This document shows, piece by piece, positions 6,876-14,248 of a stretch of DNA of 14,248 nt (within the stretch, counting starts at the first letter, position 1; each line of letters starts with the position of its first letter). Made by a program: the position numbers and the translations under genes. The notes under the pieces are model-generated. The model ran no database searches and had not been told where the DNA came from. It worked only from the letters and a program-made list of their open reading frames with translations. Source of the stretch: Armatimonadota bacterium (GTDB taxonomy: Bacteria; Vulcanimicrobiota; JACPDS01; JBDRKI01); the NCBI GenBank assembly GCA_043814095.1, contig JBDRKI010000026.1, positions 1-14,248 of the forward strand, given 5' to 3'.

Positions 6876-8574
6876 TTTCTATTTCCCTTACCATATCTAT
6901 TATTTTTTCTTTCTCCACAAAAACGGTATTCCCGTCTTTACGCGTCTTTACTTCCAGCTTGCCTTCTTTTATTGTTTTGGCTCCTATAACTATTTTAACC
7001 GGTATGCCCATTAAGTCTATATCTTTAAATTTCACGCCCGGACGCAGGTCCCTGTCATCAAGAAGGCAGTCAATGCCCTCCTTACGGAGCATGTTGTATA
7101 CATCAAGAGCAAGGCCCATCTGTTCTTTCTCCGTGGCTATAACAGGTATAACCGCCACTTTATAGGGGGCAAGGCCCATAGGCCATATTATACCGTCTTT
7201 ATCATTATACTGCTCAATTACCGCTGCGACAATACGCGATATGCCCACCCCGTAGCATCCCATAATAAGGGGCTTTTCCGTGCCGTCTTCATCAACAAAA
7301 TGAGCTTTTAAAGAATCCGAATATTTCGTGCCGAGTTTAAAAATATGACCAAGCTCTATGCCTTTTTTAAGCTCCATAGGCACTTTACACTCGGGACAAA
7401 GATCTCCGGAAACCGCGACCCTTATATCAGCCCAGAGATCAACTTTAAAATCCCTCTCTATATTGGCATTTATAAAATGGGTGTCTTTTTTATTCGCCCC
7501 TATAACCGCGTTAAGAACTCCTTTTATGTCCTTGTCGGCGACAACCTTTATATTCTTTACACCGACCGGCCCCGAGAATCCCATAGGAGCGCCGGTTATC
7601 TTTTCTATCTCGGCTTCCGCCGCCATTTCAAGCTCTTTAACGCCGAGCGCGGATTTTAAGTGCGCTTCATTTATATCATGATCCCCGCGCACAAGACCCA
7701 TTATATATGAATCCCCGCTTTTATACACTATCGCTTTTATAAAATCTTTAGGCGCTTTTTTAAGAAAACCCGTAAGCTGTTCAATAGTCTTAACATCCGG
7801 AGTGGATACTTCCTCCATCTTATCCAAGCCCTCTTTTATAATCTCTTTATCTTCCCTGTGGTATTTAGCAACAGCGGAAGACCACCCGGTATCACATTTA
7901 GGACATACAAATAATGTATCTTCCCCTACAGAGCTCTCAACCATAAATTCATGACATACATCCCCGCCCATAGGGCCGGAATCCGCTAAAACAGCACGTG
8001 TCTTTAAACCGCAGAGCTTAAACAATTTTGTATAGGCATCATAAACACGCTCATAATATTTATCAAGGCACTCCCACCTGCGGTGGAAGCTGTACATATC
8101 CTTCATTATGAATTCCCTGCCCCTTATAAGGCCTGCACGGGGGCGCGGTTCATCCCTGAATTTAGTCTGTATCTGGTATAAAGACATAGGGAGCTGTTTA
8201 TATGAGCGGATTTCCTTCCTTGCTATATCAGTTATAACTTCTTCATGGGTCATACCCAAACAGAACTCTCGTCCGCTTCTGTCTTTTAAGCGGAACATAT
8301 TATCGCCCATCTCGGGGTTTCTGCCTGTCTCATCCCATAATTCTATCGGATGCATTGCCGGCATTAAAAGCTCCTGGCCGTCTATTTCATCAAAGACCTG
8401 CCTTGCAATATCTTCTACTTTTTTAATAACCTTATAACCCAGAGGGTAGTAATTATATATGCCTGATGCCAGCTTTCTCATAAGACCGGCCCTTAGCATA
8501 AGCTGGTGCGATACACATTCTGCTTCTGCCGGCACTTCTTTTAAAGTAGGAGCAAATACCTTTGACATTTTCAT
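6847..8574 (-). CDS. proS: Proline-tRNA ligase, bacterial type with INS editing domain
   Basis: SHQLMLRAG, THEE, QIQTKFRDEPRPRAGLIRGREFIMKDMYSF, GIELGHIFKLGTKYS, MGCYGVG; 575 aa; ATGA overlap with ispG. Confidence 0.98.
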   Translation of the reverse strand: MKMSKVFAPTLKEVPAEAECVSHQLMLRAGLMRKLASGIYNYYPLGYKVIKKVEDIARQVFDEIDGQELLMPAMHPIELWDETGRNPEMGDNMFRLKDRSGREFCLGMTHEEVITDIARKEIRSYKQLPMSLYQIQTKFRDEPRPRAGLIRGREFIMKDMYSFHRRWECLDKYYERVYDAYTKLFKLCGLKTRAVLADSGPMGGDVCHEFMVESSVGEDTLFVCPKCDTGWSSAVAKYHREDKEIIKEGLDKMEEVSTPDVKTIEQLTGFLKKAPKDFIKAIVYKSGDSYIMGLVRGDHDINEAHLKSALGVKELEMAAEAEIEKITGAPMGFSGPVGVKNIKVVADKDIKGVLNAVIGANKKDTHFINANIERDFKVDLWADIRVAVSGDLCPECKVPMELKKGIELGHIFKLGTKYSDSLKAHFVDEDGTEKPLIMGCYGVGISRIVAAVIEQYNDKDGIIWPMGLAPYKVAVIPVIATEKEQMGLALDVYNMLRKEGIDCLLDDRDLRPGVKFKDIDLMGIPVKIVIGAKTIKEGKLEVKTRKDGNTVFVEKEKIIDMVREIENEQTKVLQN

Positions 8575-9617
8575 AATAACCTCGCCAGTTCATTAACAAT
8601 TTCTTTTTCTTTAACGGTCTTTATTATTTTTCCTTTTTTAAATATTACGCCTTCTCTCTTACCGCAGGCAACCCCGAAATCAGCCTCCCTGGCTTCCCCC
8701 GGACCGTTAACAACACATCCCATAACGGCTATTGTGGCGGAGAGCTCCCTGCCTGAGAATTTATCTTCTATTTTTTCCACAATCCTCTTTATATTAACAG
8801 TACATCTGCCGCATGTAGGACATGATATTATATTAGGATATTTCTTAGAAAGTCCCAGTGACTGCAGTATCTTGTAACCCGCCTTTACTTCATAAACAGG
8901 ATCATCAGTTAAAGACACGCGGAGCGTGTCACCCAGCCCTTCATATAATAATATGCCGATACCCACGGATGATTTTATGCTCCCCGAAAAAAGCGGTCCT
9001 GCTTCTGTTATGCCTATATGGAAGGGATAAGAACACTTCTTGCCGAGAAGCTTATATGCTTCTACGGTCTTACCTACATCTGAGATCTTTAAAGATACTA
9101 TTATATCCTTTAATCCTTCTTTTTCAAGAATCCTTATCTCTTCCATTGCGCTTTCAACAACACCCTGAGCAGTTACATGCCCTTTATATTTTTTCAATAT
9201 CTCTTTTTTCAAAGAGCCTGAATTAACACCTACCCTTATGGGAACCTTATTCTTCCTGCACGCTTTTGCAATAAGCTTTATCTTATCCTTATCAGTTATA
9301 TTCCCGGGATTAAGTCTAAGCTTATCAACACCCTGCTCAACCGCTTCAAGTGCAAGCTTATAATCAAAATGAATATCTGCCGCAAGAGGGATATGAATCT
9401 TCCTCTTTATCTTCCCCAGAGCCTTAGCCGCCTTCATATCGGGAACAGCGCATCTTATAAGCTGGCAGCCGGCTTCTTCTAACTTCAATATCTGTTCAAC
9501 AGTCTTAGCAACATCTCTTGTATCAGTCTTGGTCATAGACTGGACAACAACAGGAGCATTACCTCCTATATAGATATTGCCTACTTTTATTTTTCTTGTT
9601 TTTCTTCTTTTATTCAT
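8571..9617 (-). CDS. ispG: (E)-4-hydroxy-3-methylbut-2-enyl-diphosphate synthase
   Basis: VQSMT, ADIHF, RLNPGN, RVGVNSGS, HIGITEAG, GDTLRVSL and the 4Fe-4S ligands CPTCGR...MGCVVNGPGE. Confidence 0.98.
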   Translation of the reverse strand: MNKRRKTRKIKVGNIYIGGNAPVVVQSMTKTDTRDVAKTVEQILKLEEAGCQLIRCAVPDMKAAKALGKIKRKIHIPLAADIHFDYKLALEAVEQGVDKLRLNPGNITDKDKIKLIAKACRKNKVPIRVGVNSGSLKKEILKKYKGHVTAQGVVESAMEEIRILEKEGLKDIIVSLKISDVGKTVEAYKLLGKKCSYPFHIGITEAGPLFSGSIKSSVGIGILLYEGLGDTLRVSLTDDPVYEVKAGYKILQSLGLSKKYPNIISCPTCGRCTVNIKRIVEKIEDKFSGRELSATIAVMGCVVNGPGEAREADFGVACGKREGVIFKKGKIIKTVKEKEIVNELARLL

Positions 9618-10969
9618 TTTACTTTCTTTAATTCTAATTCTTTTTTAACTCTATCAACAAAGCCTTTGGGGTTAATAATCCATCCAAGATCGTATTCTTT
9701 CCCGTGAAGCTTTTTCTTAAATGGCGTTCCGGTCTCACGCAAATACATATAAATAGTCTCTTCGTCTAAAGTCGGATCGATCTGTAAGCCAAGAGCCATA
9801 ACTCCGGCTAGGTACGGCGGAGCCCAACTTTGACCGCCAGTTCCTTCAAATTCATAACCATTTGTGCCGCAAAAACCGCTTGCAAAGGTTCTATTTTCTA
9901 TAGGTACATGTATTTGTTTAGTTTGATCAAATAACTGAAGATATCTATTGTTCTGCTTTTTAACTGCATCTTGCAATAAAAATTGATTCCAATACCTCAT
10001 TTCATAATTATTTGGATTATTTCTGTTTTTATTTACAGGGCATAGTATACCATCAAGAGAATCATCTTCATAAGAGCAAGAGATTATAATTATACCGCTT
10101 TCCTTCGCTTCTTTTTTAACTCGATCCCACTCCCCTCGATTTTTATCATTATATGCGCAACCACTAGAAATGCTAATGACTCTTATTTTATCAGATATGG
10201 ACTTGTTTTTATTATAATCAATGATTTGTTTTATTGATTTAATTGTATCGGCAGTGTAATCATCCTGGGTTAGAACTCTTGTATTTTGCGCCCAATAATA
10301 TAAAGATGCGCCCGGGGCAACACCGCATTCATTTCCCACAAGTATGCTCGTAACAGCCGGGCCGTGCATAGATGCTATCTTATCTATGTCATTTTTAATT
10401 TCTTCTTCTGTATAACCAATTGGTGTATATTTTGCTATTTTACCTTTATATTCTTTATGCTCTTGAAATAAATTCTGATCTATAATTGCAACTTTAACAC
10501 CTTTACCGGTAATGCCTTGATTGTGCAACCCCTTTATTCCAAGCCCCGGTTCTTTCCCGATTTCTATAATTTTGCTCGGATCAAAATTAGGAGGAAGCTT
10601 ATCTTTAGGCGGCCAGGGAGTTTCTGAGTCAAAGATACACGTAACTAAAATACTATAGAGCTTGCTGAAATCTATAATTTGAAATCGTTCATATAATTTA
10701 TGACGCTTTAAATTAAAACCTCTTAAATCAGACCATTCTTCCAATAAAATTTTACCGTTTTTATCTTTATTTAAATTTGGTTTTTCACCCGATTTAATCC
10801 CATATTTTTCAATTCTATATGCAGGCTCTGTTAAGCCCTCCTGATTCTGCGCAACCAGTCTTGATTCCGGCTTCTTCCCCCATTCAGGCTGTCCGTAAAC
10901 TCTTCCTATCTGCATAATCACCTCTATAAAAATCAATACTAATAAAGCTATAAATATTTTTCTATTCAT
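9614..10969 (-). CDS. Secreted or membrane-anchored S8 (subtilisin-like) serine peptidase
   Basis: N-terminal signal/anchor MNRKIFIALLVLIFIEV; triad in subtilase order: GITGKGVKVAIID (D164), SMHGPAVTS (H202) with GVAPGA, GGQSWAPPYLAG (S381); AAGGGA SD overlapping the rseP stop. Confidence 0.88.
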   Translation of the reverse strand: MNRKIFIALLVLIFIEVIMQIGRVYGQPEWGKKPESRLVAQNQEGLTEPAYRIEKYGIKSGEKPNLNKDKNGKILLEEWSDLRGFNLKRHKLYERFQIIDFSKLYSILVTCIFDSETPWPPKDKLPPNFDPSKIIEIGKEPGLGIKGLHNQGITGKGVKVAIIDQNLFQEHKEYKGKIAKYTPIGYTEEEIKNDIDKIASMHGPAVTSILVGNECGVAPGASLYYWAQNTRVLTQDDYTADTIKSIKQIIDYNKNKSISDKIRVISISSGCAYNDKNRGEWDRVKKEAKESGIIIISCSYEDDSLDGILCPVNKNRNNPNNYEMRYWNQFLLQDAVKKQNNRYLQLFDQTKQIHVPIENRTFASGFCGTNGYEFEGTGGQSWAPPYLAGVMALGLQIDPTLDEETIYMYLRETGTPFKKKLHGKEYDLGWIINPKGFVDRVKKELELKKVK

Positions 10970-10978
10970 GCTTATCCC

Positions 10979-12082
10979 TTATTTTATTAATGGTGTTCCT
11001 TTTATAATTCTCATTACATCCTGGTATGATATAAGCAATGCAAGCCCGAGCAGGGCAATCAAGCCAACCCAGTGGATCTTGCCTTCAAGCTCCTGGTCTA
11101 TGGGTTTTCTTCTTATTCCCTCTATTATAAGGAATACTATCCTTCCCCCGTCAAGCGCAGGCAGGGGCAGAAGGTTAAACATGCCTATCAGCGCGCTTAA
11201 TATTGCCACAAAATATATAAGGTTGGGAAGCCCTTTCTGGGCTATAACAAAGATAATCTGACCTATACCTATAGGGCCTGCCGCTGTTTTAACAATTTCT
11301 TTGCCTGATACCTGTTTTGAAGCTATAAGCTTTATAATGTAAAAAGGAGTCATTGTTATCTCATAAGTACGCTCAATACTGAACATCGCGGCTTCCCCTA
11401 CCGTTGCCTTTTTAAAATAAAAGTCAAAGGCGTTCCTGCTGGGTATAACCCCTATCCTGCCGATATCGTATTCTTTATCATAACCTATCTTTGTATTAAT
11501 ATTCAGCTCTTCTTTGCCCCTGACAACCGTAATATTAACATCTTCATCCGGATGCGTATGCATATAATTTATAATATTCGGAAGATTCATATATTCATTG
11601 TTAACGGCTACTATTTTATCTCCCGGAAGAAGACCTACCGACTGAGCGGGGGTGCCGGGTATTACTTTTTCAACAGTTAAAGGAACTTTAACAACGCCGA
11701 ATGAAAAAGCAATAACAAAGAATAAAATTACTGCCATAAGATAATTCATAATGCATCCGGCGGAGATAATTTTAAACCTCTCCCATACAGTCCTGTTCTG
11801 AAAATTACCCTTATCTTCTTTGCTTTCACACTTTGAATCTTCGCCCTCAATGGACACAAAGCCGCCTATGGGGAATAACCGCCATGCATAAAAGGTTTCT
11901 CCTTTTTTCCATCCTAATATTTTAGGCCCCATACCTATGGCAAACTCATGAACCCTTACGCCAACTCTTTTGGCGGCAATAAAATGGCCCAGCTCGTGTA
12001 TAAAAATAATAGCGCCGAAAACCAGTATAACTTTTATTAATGCAAGCCAGTTTACCGCAAACCATAATAATACTTTTTCCAT
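10979..12082 (-). CDS. rseP: RIP metalloprotease RseP/RasP (M50B site-2 protease, single PDZ domain)
   Basis: HELGH zinc motif, FAIGMGP, PIGGFV, PDZ region (PGTPA..GL..GD.I.AVN), FNLLPLPALDGG; follows dxr. Confidence 0.95.
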   Translation of the reverse strand: MEKVLLWFAVNWLALIKVILVFGAIIFIHELGHFIAAKRVGVRVHEFAIGMGPKILGWKKGETFYAWRLFPIGGFVSIEGEDSKCESKEDKGNFQNRTVWERFKIISAGCIMNYLMAVILFFVIAFSFGVVKVPLTVEKVIPGTPAQSVGLLPGDKIVAVNNEYMNLPNIINYMHTHPDEDVNITVVRGKEELNINTKIGYDKEYDIGRIGVIPSRNAFDFYFKKATVGEAAMFSIERTYEITMTPFYIIKLIASKQVSGKEIVKTAAGPIGIGQIIFVIAQKGLPNLIYFVAILSALIGMFNLLPLPALDGGRIVFLIIEGIRRKPIDQELEGKIHWVGLIALLGLALLISYQDVMRIIKGTPLIK

Positions 12083-12097
12083 AACCTGCTCCTTATT

Positions 12098-13237
12098 TTA
12101 TCCGTAAGTTTTGATAATATTTTCTCTTGTTTTTCTGTCCGTCTTTATAAGGTCGGGGAGTTTGGGATTTTTTATTATTTTATGTTTATCCATCTCCCTT
12201 TTTATAATCACCGGTATATCAAGAAACTTAATTTTATTTTCAAGAAAGAGTTCCACCGCGGCTTCGTTTGCCGCGTTTAATACCGCGGGGAGTGTCCCGC
12301 CCTTTCTCCCGGCCGTATACGCGTAGGAAAGGCACGGAAACCTCTTCATATCAGGTTTCTCAAAATCAAGTTTCCCTATTTTGCTTAAATCAAGCTGTTT
12401 AAGCTTAAGCTCTTTTCTTTCCGGATAATTAAGCGCGTATCCTATGGGAAGCCGCATATCCGGGATGCCCAACTGTGCCATAACCGAAGTATCTATAAAT
12501 TCAACCATCGAATGTATAATGCTCTGCGGGTGAATAATAACATCTATTTTGTCCAGTTTAAGGGAGAAAAGATGCATTGCCTCTAAAACTTCAAACCCCT
12601 TATTCATAAGGGTGGCGGAATCTATGGTTATCTTTTTTCCCATATTCCATGTGGGATGAGCGAGCGCTTTTGCAGGTGTTATTCCCTTCATCTTCTTAGC
12701 CGTGTATCTCCTGAACGGCCCGCCCGATGAAGTTAAAACAACCCTGTTTATCTTCTTAGGATCTTCTCCCCTTAAACACTGGTATATTGCCGAATGCTCA
12801 CTGTCCACGGGAATAATCTTAACTTTGTTTTGCTTCGCCTTTTCAATAACAAGCTCGCCCCCGACAACAAGAGCCTCTTTATTGGCAAGAGCAAGAAGCT
12901 TAGTTGCGGATAACGCCTCCAGTGAAGGAACAAGACCGGATACGCCCACAAGAGCTAAAACAGTTATATCCGAAGGAGTCCCTGCCGCTTTTTTAACGCC
13001 TTCATCCCCGGTATAAAGTTTCAGTTCCGGGAAAAGCCTTTTAAGTTTTTTAAAACCCGTCCTGCTCTCAATAGCCGCAGAAGAAGGAGAAAATTCCTTT
13101 ATCTGTTTGGCAAGCTGTTTCCAGTTTCTGCCTGCCGAAAGAGACACAACCTTAAACTTCCCCCTGCTTTTCCTTATAATATCCAGGGTCTGGCATCCTA
13201 TTGATCCCGTTGAACCTAATATAACTACTTTTTTCAT
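12098..13237 (-). CDS. dxr: 1-deoxy-D-xylulose-5-phosphate reductoisomerase
   Basis: LGSTGSIG, LANKE, PVDSEHSAI, HPTWNMG.KITIDSAT..NKGFE, HPQSIIHSMV, NAANE. Confidence 0.98.
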   Translation of the reverse strand: MKKVVILGSTGSIGCQTLDIIRKSRGKFKVVSLSAGRNWKQLAKQIKEFSPSSAAIESRTGFKKLKRLFPELKLYTGDEGVKKAAGTPSDITVLALVGVSGLVPSLEALSATKLLALANKEALVVGGELVIEKAKQNKVKIIPVDSEHSAIYQCLRGEDPKKINRVVLTSSGGPFRRYTAKKMKGITPAKALAHPTWNMGKKITIDSATLMNKGFEVLEAMHLFSLKLDKIDVIIHPQSIIHSMVEFIDTSVMAQLGIPDMRLPIGYALNYPERKELKLKQLDLSKIGKLDFEKPDMKRFPCLSYAYTAGRKGGTLPAVLNAANEAAVELFLENKIKFLDIPVIIKREMDKHKIIKNPKLPDLIKTDRKTRENIIKTYG

Positions 13238-13284
13238 ACATATCCCTTAATATTTTTAGTATTCTCTTTTTAAATAATAGTAAT

Positions 13285-14199
13285 TTACGGAAGAACAAAT
13301 ATTTTAATAAGTATATACATTATCGGGGCTGTAAAGAAATACGAATCAAACCTGTCCAGTATCCCGCCGTGACCTGCTAGAATAGAACCGGAATCCTTTA
13401 CCCCTGCTTCTCTTTTAAGTAAAGACTCAAATAAATCACCTAACTGAGCGGCTATGGCAAGAGTCATGCCTAAAAATATACTGAAAGATACCGGGATCCC
13501 GAACAGATTATAAACAGGCATCCCGAGCAGTTTCCCCATGAAATAAGCGATTATAATTGAGCATATAAGTCCGCCGACAGCGCCCTCTATTGTTTTCTTG
13601 GGACTTATCTGAGGCCAGAGTTTGTTTCTGCCCAGATATTTGCCCACGAAAAACGCGCCCATATCACAGAAAGCGGTAATGAATATAAGATAGATTACAA
13701 AACATGCCCCTGCGGAAACCTCAGTCCCCCATACAATAAATTCACCGGGGATAGTTCTTAACATAAAAAGGTATGATAAAAAATAAGGAACGTAAACAAA
13801 TCCGAATACTGCTGTGCTTACATCCGCAAACTGGGTAAACTGGAAATTGCGCTTTGCAAGATGAACGACAAGAACCACTATTATAATTATGGTAAGAAGG
13901 TAAAGCATTCTCGCGTCGCCGAAAAGATATACCTTGCTCTCGGCGGCATACCTGCCGTCGCCTTTAAAAAAATATAAAAAATAATACATGCTGGCCATGT
14001 AAGTAACCGCGGCAATTATCGTAGTATAAACAAGGGGCCTCTTGGAGTTATCCTGTTTGGACCTTAAATAAAAAAACTCTTTTAAACCAAGAACGGCGAG
14101 AACGGCGATTTCAAACCAAAACGCCGTAGGGCTCCATATTATAAGGGCTAAAGTTCCGAAGGCAAGAATACTCCCCGTTATAACGCGTTTAAGAAGCAT
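13285..14199 (-). CDS. cdsA: Phosphatidate cytidylyltransferase (start revised from GTG 14205 to ATG 14199)
   Basis: Polytopic membrane protein with DMGAFFVG..G..K...ISPKKTIEG and GDLFESLLKREAGVKDSGSILAGHGGILDRFDS. The GGAGGAGGT SD (14212-14204) overlaps the GTG but is correctly spaced for the ATG at 14199. Confidence 0.95.
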   Translation of the reverse strand: MLLKRVITGSILAFGTLALIIWSPTAFWFEIAVLAVLGLKEFFYLRSKQDNSKRPLVYTTIIAAVTYMASMYYFLYFFKGDGRYAAESKVYLFGDARMLYLLTIIIIVVLVVHLAKRNFQFTQFADVSTAVFGFVYVPYFLSYLFMLRTIPGEFIVWGTEVSAGACFVIYLIFITAFCDMGAFFVGKYLGRNKLWPQISPKKTIEGAVGGLICSIIIAYFMGKLLGMPVYNLFGIPVSFSIFLGMTLAIAAQLGDLFESLLKREAGVKDSGSILAGHGGILDRFDSYFFTAPIMYILIKIFVLP

Positions 14200-14248
14200 G
14201 AGCACCTCCTCCGAAGCGCCTGTCTCTTTTCTGGTATTCTATTACGGC
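14189..14248 (-). CDS. uppS: 3' end of undecaprenyl diphosphate synthase (isoprenyl transferase), truncated by the window edge; not in the ORF track
   Basis: The - strand reads AVIEYQKRDRRFGGGAHAS*, the conserved Y..R.RRFGG C-terminal motif; canonical uppS-cdsA-dxr order. Confidence 0.9.
   Translation of the reverse strand, partial: AVIEYQKRDRRFGGGAHAS

Noticed and set aside
7380..7910. Paired CxxC motifs (CPKC, CPEC) flanking the ProS editing domain
   Set aside because: Such motifs are common in bacterial ProRS and are not novel.
9590..10990. S8 gene as an IS, integron cassette or prophage remnant
   Set aside because: No transposase, integrase, terminal inverted repeats, target-site duplication or attC-like hairpin is visible at either flank.
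272..13016. Short antisense ORFs in the track (e.g. 272-460, 572-871, 1067-1285, 2390-2773, 3663-3872, 4905-5087, 5593-5862, 5872-6147, 6314-6866, 6959-7681, 8108-8437, 8858-9226, 10968-11261, 12111-12326, 12702-13016)
   Set aside because: All lie opposite well-supported genes and show no recognisable motifs; they are typical shadow ORFs.
1..14248. tRNA, rRNA, riboswitch, CRISPR array or alternative genetic code
   Set aside because: No intergenic gap exceeds ~95 bp, no periodic repeats were seen, and TGA terminates ispG at its expected length.

Overview
Densely coding, moderately AT-rich bacterial chromosomal window (standard code 11; TGA acts as a stop), mostly housekeeping. The + strand carries the 3' end of a sirC/met8-like gene, hemA and an atypical CaCA (Na+/Ca2+ exchanger family) antiporter. 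The - strand carries a lone suhB-like inositol monophosphatase and one tightly packed run: uppS(partial)-cdsA-dxr-rseP-[S8 subtilase]-ispG-proS-sua5-ywlE-rpiB-[membrane-anchored CofE-like ligase]. I see no RNA genes, CRISPR arrays or mobile elements. The notable items are: (1) a subtilase inserted into the conserved rseP-ispG junction, with a host-like 5' end and a foreign-looking body; (2) a membrane-anchored two-domain CofE-like ligase with no F420 genes nearby; (3) a full-length Sua5 that lacks the Sua5 linker motifs and has TsaC-like active-site residues; (4) a 30-bp near-perfect palindrome in the divergent suhB/antiporter promoter region. All family calls come from motif recognition by eye; no searches were run.
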